64,000 bases of DNA, from positions 62,001 to 126,000 of the forward strand of contig RDEW01000023.1 in the NCBI GenBank assembly GCA_011109175.1, read 5' to 3'. Below, piece by piece: positions 13,101 through 26,236 of the stretch. Made by a program: the position numbers and the translations under genes. The stretch is from Dicyema japonicum. Its lineage: Eukaryota; Animalia; Dicyemida. The notes beneath the pieces were generated by a model. The model saw only the letters and a list, made by a program, of their open reading frames with translations. It was not told the DNA's origin and did no database searches. Numbering within the stretch: position 1 is the stretch's first letter; the number at the start of each line of letters is the position of its first letter.

Positions 13101-16100
13101 AAATAGTTTCCATAAATCACTCCGAAGATGGATTTTTTGAAGTAATCCTTAAGCCAAGTCAACGAGAATGTGTTTACTCTGTTGTCGTAACTAACAAGAG
13201 TGGAAAATGCGTAGAAACTTATAAATCTGACCTATCGTTTATTGGGGAGAAACATATTAAGCCATTCTTTTGCCTCGTACCCGATAATAAAACTGTTCAA
13301 CAAAATTCCCACGAGAAGTTTACTTGTCAATGCCGAGGACTCCCTACTCCACGTGTTGATTGGTATTTGAATGGGAACATTGCCAGTCGGAATAAATACG
13401 TTAAGGTTCTCCGTGTTATTTATATTAGACAACCATGAACGACAACATGAGTTTCTTAATAATCGAAAAGGTTAATAAGGATAATTCAGGGAAGTACATG
13501 TGCTTTGGGAGTAATTCTACTGGTTGCGACCATTTCTCCCTTGACTTAACTTATTCTGGTTGATGACTTAGTAATTTTAGAAAATGTCCCCATCAAACCA
13601 TTTTTTAGACAAAGTTTGAAAAGAACAGAACTTAAAGAGAAGGAAAATCTTTATTTACAAGTTGTGGCAGGGGGGAATCCATTCCCAACATTCATTTGGA
13701 AGAAGGATGGTGAGGTTCTGAATGAAGATGAGAAAATAAAGTATTAACTGATTATGTGATTTTAGAATTGAGTCAGTTGGAGAAATGTCTCGTCTTATTA
13801 TAATGGAAGTTAAGGTTGAAGATTCCGGATTATACCAATGTTACCTCAGGAATGAATGTGGGGGACAATTTTGTGAGACTAAAGTCAAAGTTAATGGTTT
13901 TATTTTTAAATAACCAATCAGAAGTTTACCAACCAAAACTTGATAAATTTTACAAGTCTAAAAACCAAAGTAGTAAAGCCGGGGGACTTTCTTTTTCCGA
14001 AAAAGAAGAGATCCAGCAAATTTCTGAGCCCCAAAACGTCTTTTCAGTTCCATTTTTCAAATTTCTTCCTACGAATTGCACCATTACGGAAAATGAAGGG
14101 AAGGCCTTTACGGTTCACTGTGGAGGGCAACCAGCCCCTAATGTCACGTGGGCCATCAATGGGAAGAAACTCGATAATGTTACTTTTATATTTATAAAGT
14201 AGAGTCGAAAATATGAAATCATTAACGATGGATTCATATCAAAGTTAATAATTAGATCAGCCACGATGGAAAACTCTGGGACCTTGGAAATAACAGCATC
14301 AAACGAATGTGGGACGATTACAAAGTCGGTTATCATTCAAGTTGATCCCAAACACGACTTCTACAGACATCTGAGAAGCTCAAAGCAGATGTCGGAACGG
14401 TTTGAAATTTACTTAAAATAGAAAACGACCCATTTTTGTGGATCAAATTCATTCAGTTGAGACGGAGACGACTTCTAAAATGATTTTGGAGTGCCGATTA
14501 GAGGCTATTGACAACACTGAAGTCACATGGATGTTCAATGGATATGACATTGAGGAATATTCAGGGAAATATCAAGTTGAAACTAAAAATGATGGAACTT
14601 GTCGACTTTTGGTGAACGAATTGTCAGAGAAGGATGGGGGAATCTATGCTTGCTATGCTTCCAACAGGAAAGGAAGCGGTCTTATAAAGGCCAATATAAG
14701 TAGTTTTTGGATATTACTTAGAAATGTCAGACATGAGCAGTTCATTGGAACCAAAGTATCCTCCAATTAACTTGAAAAGGGGGGATTTCGTGGAATTTCA
14801 ATTAGGAAATCCTTCATACAACACGGTGCTCTCGTGGTTTGTAACGGCGAATTACTAAACTTAGGAGACGTGAGGGAATGAATGAAAAGACAATATGCCC
14901 AAGAAAGAACGAGGGGAGTAACTTATTTTCAATAATGAATGTGGATGACTCAAGTGGAGGGATATACAATCTAGAACTAGAGGATAACACAAACAAGTGC
15001 ATTATTAGAATGTCATTGGAGTTGACAGGTTGTCAATTATAACTAATTTGATGTACGAATAAGTGCATAGGATAAAGTAAATTAGCTATGAAATTATACC
15101 GTAACAGCAATATAGTGCAAATATTTATAGATTTATGATGTTGGCGTAAAAATAAAACAATATAATCAATTTCGGCAGTATAATACTTTAGCAACAAGGG
15201 TTAAGGCAAAATATGTTTGTTAAGGAGATTGACCTCCCATTGGTGTCAATGTATTGCAATATTGCCTACATTCGCTTGCATGCTAATGTGAATACTCTCC
15301 ATGCTTCCCTGCAACAATCTAACCTTGGTATTATTAATATATCATTTTCTTATAATTTATGTTGGTTTTGTGGTAAATTCTCCATTTTATTATCGATTTT
15401 TCATTTTTAGGAAAAGGGGATCAAGAATATGACTTTGTTCTCAAAATCAGTCCCAAAAACATTTCAGAGTGGGAATCTGATGAATTCACTTGTGATGTTA
15501 TTAGTAAACCAAAACCCAACGTGAGGTGGTTCTACAACGAAGACGAACTGGAGGGCTTCGGCAATTTCGTTTACTTTACGGTTTTATTCATAAATTGATT
15601 AACATAGAAAAACTCAGAACACAACATAGGAATAACCGATAAACCAAAACATTTATTTCAGGAACCAATATATGCTCGTGACTCTGACAACCTCGTAAAG
15701 TACTACTCCTCGATTGACGTCACAGGTTGTAGTTGGGGGTTTATGCACAGCAAACAAGGATAAACAATTTCCCCCTAAATTTATGATTGCAATAACCACG
15801 TCGGTCAGCGATAAAGCAAAATTTGAGACGAGAATATCAGGAAAACCACTTCCAGAGGTCACATGGTATAAGGATGGCGAAGAAATGAACACCAGTCAAC
15901 GCCGTTTTCTTGAATATGGGCAGGACGGTCGTGTTTCTCTCGTTATATTGGACATCTCCACAGATGATATTGGAAAGTATACCTGCATTGCTCGCAATCC
16001 TATGGATATGATATTACAGAGACATCCCTTGACTTACCACGTGATATATGGGAGATTATTTTATAGAAAAGAAAGTTCAAAAGATATCAGATGAAGAAGC

Positions 16101-19100
16101 TAAATTCAGTCCCTATCGTCAAAAGGACATAAAAATGTAGATTTTATGGATTAGTCATAGAAAAAGCGAAAACAGAATACTGAACAAAGAGAAATCAGTT
16201 TTTACAGGTAAAAGTATGATTTATTCAGAAATGAAAACTCAAGAGGAGGTTAGGGTTGAACCTGGTACTCTTCCAAAGCTGCAAACGTATGACGAAAATT
16301 TAATTATTTTAATAGGATTTATGACGTAAAGATAAATTTAGGAAGTTTTGAGAGAGAAGGTAGGCTCTACTTAATATTTAAGTTTCAGGGAATACCGAGG
16401 ATTCGTATGAAATACATCACAGTGATGTTAAACCAAAGAGTACTTTGGATGTGAAGAAGGATAAGTTTGTCCCCTATACTCCCGACAGTGGTATTCGTTA
16501 TACAGAATGTGAAGAATCGGTTGAAGAGATTGAATATCCTTTTGAGGATGAATCTCTGAGAGAACGAAAATATACTTCCACTTCCTTTTCATCAGATATT
16601 CCTGAAATTCTAAAAGGAGATGATCTTCCAATGACTTTCAAAGGGTTAGTCGAACAAAAAAGCTTTGAGGCAATGAAGATTCATAAACCAAAGGGATACG
16701 TAGGACAACATCCCCTTCAGCCAAAAGAGTCAGCCAATTTTTTCGAAAACCTCCAAGAAAGTGACCCCGATGATAATAAAAAAGAAAAGATCTCTTTCAG
16801 TCAAAGTGTATCATTTGAAGACCGACCGAAATCGTCTCAAATGTCCGTCAGAAAAAAATTTATAGGAATCAAGGGTGTGGATCCTTCTAATAAAGAAGAA
16901 ATGGATTCATTTGGAGAGGATGATATTCCAACCCCCACAGACTTAAGAAACATTGAGATAAAAACAGTCGAATTGCCGGAAAACCCAATTCCATTAACGA
17001 TTGAAACTTTGAGGTCGAAAGAAACCCAGAAAAGAGATGATTTTCCGAAAGAACGAATTGTTCTTAAAGAGACCGGAGTGATAAAACAGGAAGATTTTTC
17101 GAAACTACCAGAATTCAGTCAGAAATATACAACCTCGTTGGAAAAGAGAGACCCTCGAAAATTTGAAGAAATAGGTAGAAACACTGAAAAAGATGTCAGA
17201 ATTGTCTTTGGGGATCAATCTAGGTTGGCTTTACTATTAGTGAATTATTAGTGATAAAACCCCTCAAGAGATCAAGAAATATACAACCTCAGTGGAAAAA
17301 GATCCTCAGAAACCTGATGAAAAGGGTGGCTGGCATGAAAAAGATGTCAGAATTGTCTTTGGGGATCAGACTAGGTTGGCTTTACTATTTGTGAATTATT
17401 AGTGATAAAACCCCTCAAGAGATCAAGAAATATACAACCTCAGTGGAAAAAGATCCTCAGAAACCTGATGAAAAGGGTAGCTGGCATGAAAAAGATGTCA
17501 GAATTGAATTTGGGGATCAGACTAGGTTGGTTTACTATTGATGAATAATTAGTGGTGGATCCCTTCAAGACATAAGGAAATATGCAACATCTTCGGAAAA
17601 GGGAGACCTTCGAAAATTGAAGAAATAGGTAGAAACACTGAAAAAGATGTCAGAATTTTAAATGAGGATCAATCTAGGTTGTCTTTACTATTAGTAAATT
17701 ATTAGTGATAAAACTCCTCAAGAGATCAAGAAATATACAACCTTACTAGAAAGAGATCCTCGGAAACCTGAAGAAAAGGGTAGCAGGTATGAAAAAGATG
17801 TCAGAATTGAATTTGTGGATCATACTAGGTTGGTTTACTATTGATGAATAATTAGTGGTGGACCCGCTCATGAAATCAAAAAGACAACATACGAAACTTC
17901 AATTAGCGGTTTATATACTCTAATTAACTTGTGAATAGAATCAACGTTAGAACCGATATCCGATGATGAGATTCCCTATGCTCGACAGGACTCATCAGAT
18001 CCAACAAAGCTTCCACTATTTCCTCAAATAAGGAGTGATTCCGATAATAATATATTGTATTTTTGTTTTACATTTCAGTATCAAATGCCAAGACGAGTCC
18101 CTTATAACTGAAGATTCGATTCAGGAAGATCAGAGTGAATATGGTTTGTCTGTAAACTGATTGTAGATGTCATAAACTATGAGATTGTTCATAAAGATGA
18201 TAGTAATACTACAATCCAGACGACTGTAACAACGTCAACTCTTGTTGGTCCTCATGAAACCCAACACGATTCTAGCTTTGAATTTTGGTTGTTGGTTGAC
18301 TTATTCTCTCAGTGATTCCCGCAAGCTAAGCACTGATGAGGAAGTCAATGACTGCGACAAGTCAAAACCATTTATGAACTCCATTATAGAAACAAGTAAA
18401 AGACCAAAGTACTACCAACCCCTGGATGGTACACAATCGATCAATATTATAGTAAAAGAGCACGTGACAGCCCCACAGTTGTCCTCTGATTCTGGAATGG
18501 CTCAGAATATTAGTCTTGATTCCATCAGTAGTAATCTAATAAAACAATCCTCCAAGAAAGCAGGCAATAAGGCAGGTTACAGTCCCCTCGACTCTGTTAT
18601 GAATGTATTATTTCCTACAAATTATAGTTCACACGTCGATTGAGGAATATTAGAATCAAAGAGAAAAGTACGGCTGAATTTGTGTGCGAGTATTCCTCTG
18701 GATATGCGAAATCCTCGTGGTACCACCAACATTCCCTCGTTGATCTCGATACTGGAAAATATTGTGTTTTAAACAGCCACCGTGTTTGTCGACTCCAAAT
18801 ACGAAATGTTCAAGTGGGTGATGCCGGAGAGGTGGAATGCATAATAAATGGGAGATCAACAATCGCCCGTCTCATTGTAGAAAGTATAATTATATTTTTA
18901 GTATTTTAGAATTGGTGGATGTGTTTAGAACGAAATTAAGTAACCAGTCTGTCCATATTGGGAGTCCGGCACGTTTTTGGGTAGAATTGGAGGCTGATGG
19001 CGTGGGAGTGGATTGGATGATTAATAATCAACCCCTTACTGATAATATGGAAGGGATCTCCATTACAGAGAATGACTCATTCCATTATTTGACGATTGAA

Positions 19101-19531
19101 AATGTTAGTAAGGATGACCACGCCAAGATTGTTACAGCTCAAAGTCTTAATTTCAGTACATCAGCAATGATAAATGTGAAGGGTACTACTAATGAGTGTT
19201 TTTAGGTTGTGAGGAGACGTTGGTAGTAATTCGTAGAATGGAGGGTTTTCTGGCATATCCTCACGAAAATGTTGTCTTTATTATTGAATTCTCCCGTCCT
19301 TGTCACAATGTTAGTTGGTACCACAAGGATAAGCTGATCGTCCCTAATCTTACAAAATATGAGAGATATTGCGATAATGGAATTCAACATTGTCTTATTG
19401 TGTCGAATGTGGACAAATCCGACTCTGGGACATATTTCGTTTATTTCGAAGACTCAGGATGTGATCAAGCGGATCTGATTGTACAGGACCCTAGGATGAT
19501 TGATGAATTCAGTCACATTGAGTTTGACTAA
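7129..19531 (+). CDS. Giant modular protein: N-terminal CRAL-TRIO/SEC14 domain, spectrin-like helical repeats, many Ig I-set domains with a charged repetitive spacer (zormin/sallimus/titin-like architecture)
   Basis: Exons 1-4 give FFTGVRESLGNDLLFIPS..EDIDRFFNYI..FSIIVD..VYMIEP, resembling the Trio/SESTD1 SEC14 domain. Helical L/E/K-rich exons 8.1-12.4 kb. Ig motifs such as LECTPRNSTHFEWF..DSGTYVCQITN, FETRISGKPLPEVTWYKDG..DDIGKYTCIARN, DSGTYFVYF. Dozens of 22-29 nt introns plus one ~380 nt intron (~15030-15410). A single continuous gene is inferred from frame continuity in the parts checked. Confidence 0.78.
17100..17860 (+). repeat. Internal tandem exon+intron repeat, ~151-nt period, 5 units
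   Basis: Near-identical introns start at 17224, 17375, 17526, 17678 and 17829 (gttggctttactattagtgaattattag / gttggtttactattgatgaataattag). Exons of ~123-126 nt encode DKTPQEIKKYTTSVEKDP..EKDVRI..GDQ. Confidence 0.92.
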
Positions 19532-20279
19532 CCAATAACTATGTAAAAGCCTTAACTCAGATTTAGTTATTTTTCTAATACTACATTTATTGACCTTTAA
19601 TAGTACACATTGAATATAACTTTACTTTTATAATTAGTGCTTATTGGAAGTATGGGGGAGATGATACTGCTTATAAGATAACCCTTATCCCCTTTCGTGT
19701 GATTCATAAATTAATATTTGTGGTATACTAAGAGTACATTTTATTTACTTAATTATTATGTCTTTTAGTGGTATACTCAGAGTACATTTTATTTTACTGA
19801 ATGACCTTCGAAAGTAGTTTTTAGTCAATTATTCAACAATATTACTCCTCAAATGACTTACCCCCAACGATAACCACTTAATGACCTACTCCCAGTTACT
19901 ACACCATTTAATGAAATTATTGATACGAAGGTATTTGACTCTGTTCACTTATTGGTGAGAACATGGTCATAAAGATCATACTAACACGTTGAGGCATTTT
20001 CTCACTCATGTACTTTGTGCGTTTCTCTTCAAACACACCCTTCGCTGAAGAGCAACCATTGTAATATGACCAACAGTTTCCCAGTTAATGCATTTCTTTC
20101 ACTATCCTAAGCCGAAAGAACTCATGTTGTGATCACTACAAACTAACAATTTTTTCCTTCAAAGATTTGCAATGTTCCCAATTTTTTGGCATTGGAAGTC
20201 GCTAATTTCCGGTTGCTCACCATCTCTTGTTTTGGATTTTTACTTTTCTACGGGTTTTTCTTCCTTAACGAGTTTTTCT

Positions 20280-21600
20280 TAGTTAATTGTGCTTTTCCAA
20301 CTTTTTTTGTTGACTTTGGTTGGCTGGAACGAGTCCGAGCGGCTCTAATTTGACAGGAAATCCAGCAGCCTCAAGTCCCCAAGCAATAACTCCGTTGATT
20401 GCGGCGTGTCTTGGACTCCTTCCAGCACACCTCCGACAGGAAAGAGCGTGAAGACCTTTCGCGTCGATTATTCCTCCACATCTACAGGGATGGATCATGC
20501 AAAAATCTATTCGAGGCAGACTGAAACTCCAATCTTTGTCGCGTCGTCCTCCAATAGTGTCCCAAGTGAGGTGCATGGTAGTGCTCTGAACCAGGCATCA
20601 CTTTCGTTCGTCGATGCAGAAGCTAGACAAGCCAGACGATGCTGGTCAGGTATTATCTTTCTATAATCTTTGAGCATAAAAGCTTGTCCCATTGTTTATT
20701 AGCGTTCTTCCGGAATCCCACACTAAGTCGCATCCAGACTTCCCGAACCATGCATGCCACTGGGTTAGCATCCGATCTGTTAATGTAGCGTCGGATCTGG
20801 CGTGTGAGACCATTGGAAGCATATGTCAAAGATAGAAAAACTGAGAGGGCGAGTTTTAGTGGTGAGCGTATTCCGATTCCTCCGTAGTGAAGCGATAGTT
20901 TGCATTGGATCCATCCAGTTTTATCAAAAGAAATGTTGAGTGTTTCTTAAACGGCAGTCTCAGCTTCTCGCCGATGGCTCTTAAGAAGTTTCTTGTCCGT
21001 GAAACATGGGGGTATCCGTAAAAAAAGAGTCGTAAGGTGAAAATTCCCGAAAAAGAATAAAGACGTGTGGGAGTCCAGGGATTTTAAATTGGATATGAAT
21101 AGTTATACTCTGGTCTAACGGTTTTATCTCAAACATATTGTTCGATGCTGACTTTGAAGATTTAATTATTATGAATCACGATTGACAAGTGAAGAAGTTA
21201 AGAACACCTTAATGTTTATAATCATGCTCGGAACCGGATTAGAACTCATAAGCAAAAAGAAGTTAGGAACACCACAAATGTCTTGTCCTTTGATTAATTA
21301 GAATAACAGTTCTTTACTTCTTAAATAGAGTGTGAGTTCTGCTAAGTTGAGATGAGTAAAGGAAACATTACTAGTCGTTGGCGGAAAGGCAGAATTATTT
21401 TTTATTTGAAATCATGAGGAGATAAGAGAAAACTTACTCCTTAATGACTGGTACACAAGACATGTTTGCAGACTTTAAAGAATTTCTAAAGTAGTTAAAC
21501 AATTTCCAAACTGGAGAACTAGTGGGATAAGACGTATATATTCTTTTTAGAGGAATCAATTCATGTCTGTAAAGAAGACCACCTCTGTAAAAAAGTCATC
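20280..21600 (-). mobile_element. Decayed CRE-like non-LTR retrotransposon (RT C-terminus + restriction-like endonuclease)
   Basis: CRCGGIIDAKGLHALSCRRCAGRSPRHAAIN..EPLGL, LASASTNESDAWFRALPCTSLGTLL, GWIQCKLSLHYGGIGIRSP. Same family as 40.6-43.1 kb. Confidence 0.75.
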
Positions 21601-21604
21601 AAAA

Positions 21605-24360
21605 TATTATTATTACCCCAGGATTACTGGGTCAAAGAGAAAGAATAAAAGTTCTCATCTAACTAAGTGATCCCAGACCGACAAAGAAGAGGACGAATCC
21701 GGCGGGGTCGAGAATTCTGAACAGCTCTTCTCATTGGACATGGCATCGGCTCAAAATTTCTGTATGATTGTAGATATTTCGATGGTGTATGGAATAGAGG
21801 GCAGCTCGGTAGCCTCCTTTAATAGTTTCCGTTGTATTCGATTAATAATTTTTAATGGGCTGGATTTGTGTTCTGGTCCAACTATCCTTATTGCAGTCTC
21901 CTCGAATGTGGATAGTTTCAATGAAGATCGTGAAATCTGCATTGCCCACGAAGGACTTGCATACGTCATCGTGGGTAGGATAAATTGTTGTAAATCGTGG
22001 CAAGGACACCAGTTTGATCTCTAAGTGTTTGAGAGCACTTTTAAAATTCTCATTTTTTTCAGAGCAGAAGTTACTTTGTTTTCAACATGCCGGATAAAGG
22101 TGAGTCCCTGATCAAAGGTTACTCCAGAATCTTCGGTGTTTTGTTAATAGAGATAGCTTCGTTCTTCATAAAGACTTTTGGTTCGATACAGAGCTGTCTT
22201 TGTAGTGGTAAACAGTGTGACAAAGGACTTTGCTGCTGATGTGTCTCTCCGCTTCGAGAGCCATAGTTCCAAGTTGTCGAGCATTTGTTGAGAACTGAGT
22301 CGCTGATTGAATGCTTCTGTCTTGGAAAGAATGATGTATCGTCGCATAGGAGAGGATTAGACAGTTTTCATTACAGGTTTGTGGCATCGTTTATGTAGAG
22401 ATTGAAGAGTTGTGAAGTGGGGAGCCTTGAGGACTCCATTTGGGAAATAGCGAGATTTTGATTTGATGTTGTTGCATAGTACTTGTGCTCGTCTTCCATT
22501 TAGGAAGTTTACAAGCCAAAGTTTCAGGTTCGGATGGATGTTGGTTTCAATATTTTCTTTGTTAGGAGTTTCCTAGGGACTGAGTCGAACGCTTTTGTGA
22601 TGTCCACGGATATAAGTACTGTCCTCTGATGGGTTTGGGGGAGTTAAATCCTTCCGCAATGAATTGTGTGATTGTAAGGTGTGTTGGTCGAATGGTTGTC
22701 CCGGAATCCGTGCTGGGTCGGAGGTATTGAGATTGAGTCTTGTATTTTTTCCAAAACAAGCCTTTCAAGGATCCTTGAGACCGGACTTAGAATAGATATT
22801 GGGCGATAGGAAGATGGTTCATCTATTGGTTTGTTGGGTTTTCGGATAGGTCTGATTAGAGACTTCTTCCATATTTCAGGGATTGTATTTGTGTTAATGG
22901 ATAGGTTGAATATATAGGCTAATAGTTCCAGGGCTCGATGGCCTAGGTGCTTCAGTTCACATGTGGTTATGTTGTCTGGTCCTTTGGCCTCTGAGTTGTT
23001 GGCCTTGGATATGGCTCTGCGAACATCCTGACTAGTAAATAGGATCCAGTCATCGGAGCGTTTCGGTTCAATCTTTTTCAGGAATACTTGGTGTTCTTTT
23101 GAAAACTTCTTGTAGGATATAGACGTGTAATATTTTATCAGAGTGTCTGGTTTTATGTAGACTTCGACTTTTCTCTCTGGGGAGGATCTTTTGATGTTCT
23201 TGCTTCACTTCCACAGTGTTTACTTGGGGATTTTTTGTAGAGAGCTTTCGATAGTTTAGTCTATCTATTTGCATTTTCTTCCTTTATGTTGTTGTCGATC
23301 TCTCTGTTCAATTGTCGAATTTTCCTGATGTTCTCATCTGTTTGCGATTTTACCATCTTTAGATTATTTCGTTTTCTGATCTGATGTTTCGTCGTTGTGT
23401 TAAGACGCTTTGATAACGTTGGTTGTCTGCCCATAGGAATTTACTTTTTTTTGCATCGTTTATAATGGAGTTGAACCATTTCACTAATTATTTGCCGGAG
23501 GGAAAAGTGAGTAAATTTAAAATTCCAATACAGTTATCAACGTAATCCTTGAATCCTCTCCAATTCGCAAGGCTGTAGTTAGTTATCTTGGGATATTGTC
23601 CTTTTATCCGTGACCTCGTTTTGACCTTCAAAAATATTGGTTGTGGTCACTCCTGGTGTCATACTTCACTGACCAGTCAATAAGGGGCCAAGGACGGTGA
23701 TGACAGTGAGATGTCGATAGAAGAAGGTTTATCGTTACTGTGTTCTTGTATGGGAAGCAGGATCGTTGAGTATACATAGGCTGTGGAGGTCCTCAATTAT
23801 CATCTTCCCCTTTTTGTGGGTGAAGTCACCACAGATAATCACATCTTCCAGTGATGTGAGAGGAGTCAATCTGGGAGCACTGGAAGCAGGAACTCACGGT
23901 GGGAGATATGCGTTGATCAATATTATTGATAGTCTTGGGAATTGTACTTTGGTAACCACAAGTTCAAGATTTCCAAATCCTTTAAACATACTGTAGACAC
24001 TGTTAGTTATATCCTCAAACGGAATGCCGTTGCGAATTACTGTGAGAAGACCCCCACCAAGTTTGCCAATTCTGTCACGGCGAATTACTGTGAATCCCGG
24101 AAATACTGATGTTGAATTCTTCGAGAAAAGTTTAGACTCTTGGATTGATGTGATGTTCTTTCACAAATGTCCGAAGTTCGAGTATCTTGTTCTTGATTCC
24201 ATTTATGTTGAGTTGGACTATTCTGGCTGGTCCAGGGTTTGCCTCAACGTCTCCGCAGCGTCGCAGGCCTTCCTTATTGGTCACCCGTGAAGATAGGAGA
24301 AAGTTTGGTTCTTTTCTTCCAAATGCCACCTCGTTGTCGCCGAGCCACATGACATTTCTC
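21605..24360 (-). mobile_element. Near full-length, decayed Ingi/Vingi-like LINE: 5' ribozyme-like module, 2A peptide, APE endonuclease, RT, no RNase H seen, (TAA)n tail
   Basis: GLRRCGDVEANPGP followed by ARIVQLNINGI (APE start), RRDR..GGGLLT, ICGDF. RT motifs KAFDS, GVPQGSPLSP, SYAxxI, KILGVTFDQGLTF. 3' end GACCCAGTAATCCTGGGGTAATAATAA. About 2.75 kb. Confidence 0.85.
24228..24254 (-). other. 2A-like ribosomal skipping motif GDVEANPGP
   Basis: Exact match to the D(V/I)ExNPG-P consensus, in frame and directly upstream of the APE domain. Confidence 0.88.
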
Positions 24361-24459
24361 AAGATGAATCGAAAATTTGTAGAAAATTTGAGTCATACGT
24401 TCAGCGACGATCAATCGAGAATCCTAAGGACGAGTCAGGGAGTTAAAGAACAGATAATA

Positions 24460-25665
24460 CTTAAAATTCGAATAGATGGACGAGACTATCGAAGGTTCTC
24501 TTAGGAACTCCACTATGCAAAGAGTATGGAAGTGGATCAAGAAGAGAAAAGGCGGGTCTATATCCAACCCGACAGCCTCATAAAATATCATACTTATTTC
24601 TCCTACAAGGAGTTTTCTAAAGAACACCAAGTATTCCTGAAAAAGATTGAACCGAAACGCTCCAATTACTGGATCCTCTTTACTAGCTAGAATGTCCACA
24701 GAGCCATATCTAAGGCAAAACTCAGAGGCCAAAGGACCAGACAACATAACCGCATGTGAACTGAATCTTCAACCTATCCATCAACATGAACACACTATTG
24801 AAATATGAAAGAAGTCTATAATCAAACCTATTCGAAAACCTAACCAATGAACCATCATCCTATCGCCCAATCTATTTTGAGTCAGATCTCAAGGATCTTC
24901 GAAAGGCTTGTTCTGGAAAAAGTACAGGATTCAATCTCAATACCTTCGACCCAGCACGGATTCTGGGTAACCATTTGTAACCCTCACACAATTTATTGCA
25001 TGAGAATTTAACTCCCCCAAACTCCATCAGAAGGCAGTACTTATATCTGTGGACATCACAAAAGCGTTCGACTCAGTCACTAGAAAACTCCTTACAAAGA
25101 AAATATTTGAAACCAACATCCATCCGAACTTGAAACTTTGACTTGGAAACTTCTTAAATGGAAGACGAGCACAAGTACTCTACAACAACATCAAATCAAG
25201 ATCTCGCTACCTTCCAAATGGAGTCCCTCAAGGCTCCCCACTGTCACAACTGTTCATCTCTATATTTACTACATGCCACAAACCTGTAATGAAAACTGCC
25301 TAATCCTCTCCTATGCAGACGACATCATTCTTACCTTCAAGGACAGAAGCATTCAATCACCGACTCAGTTCGCTCTACAAATGCTTGACAAGCTGGAACT
25401 ATGGCTCTCGAAGCGGAGACACATCAACAACAAAGTTTTCTGTCACGCTGTTTACCACTTACAAAAGACAGCTCTATGAACCAAAAATCTTTATGAATAA
25501 CGAAGCTATTCTTATTAACAAAACATCGAAAATTCTTGGAGTCACCTTTGATTTGGGACTCACCTTTATCCGAATGTGAGAACTTCTGCTCTGAAAAAAT
25601 GAGAATTTAAAAGTGCTCTCAAAAACACTTAAATACCAAACTGGGATCCTTGCCACTGTTTACTT
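24460..25665 (+). mobile_element. Truncated second copy of the Ingi/Vingi-like LINE, inverted relative to 21605-24360
   Basis: Matches the reverse complement of ~21980-23290 (gaacaccaagtattcctgaaaaagattgaaccgaaacgctcc; atgccacaaacctgtaatgaaaactg). YADD motif at ~25310. Confidence 0.85.
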
Positions 25666-26111
25666 TTGTGAGGCCTTGTCTTTGGAGCCAATGGAACTAA
25701 AGAGAAGAGTTCACAAGTATCAATCCTTAACTCCATAATATTTAATATCTATATAATCGACTTTCCACTACCAAACTCACAAGACAAAAGAGGGATATAC
25801 TTATCAGACAACTATGGTGCAACAGTTCACCACCTCAACCAATTAAACAATGGCAGGTCTTAAAAAATTCAACATCATTTCATTCATTTCAGAGAATGTT
25901 TAAATGTAATATTTATGTTTTTTATTTTGTAAAAGCTTCAAAATGAAGATTTTAAAATGAAATTTACAAGTTATGAGAAAAATCATAATTGTGGAAATCT
26001 CTGAATGCTTGTACCAATTTGGAATATATGGACATTCTTTATAGTGATCCCTGATTTAAGGATTGTTGTTGTAGCTGTCGAAAGGATAGTTTTCTTCTGA
26101 AAAGAGGGGAC

Positions 26112-26236
26112 CAAAAGGACCGGGGTAATAAGCTTCCGCTCTTGGCTGTGACGTTTTTTCACTCAAAAGGACCGGGGTAATAAGCTTCCGCTCTTGGCTG
26201 TGACGTTTTTTCACTCAAAAGGACCGGGGTAATAAG
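26112..26236 (+). repeat. 52-nt tandem repeat, ~2.4 copies
   Basis: Unit caaaaggaccggggtaataagcttccgctcttggctgtgacgttttttcact repeated exactly. Confidence 0.95.

Noticed and set aside
26112-26236. CRISPR-like array
   Set aside because: The units are identical with no unique spacers, the context is eukaryotic, and there are no cas genes.
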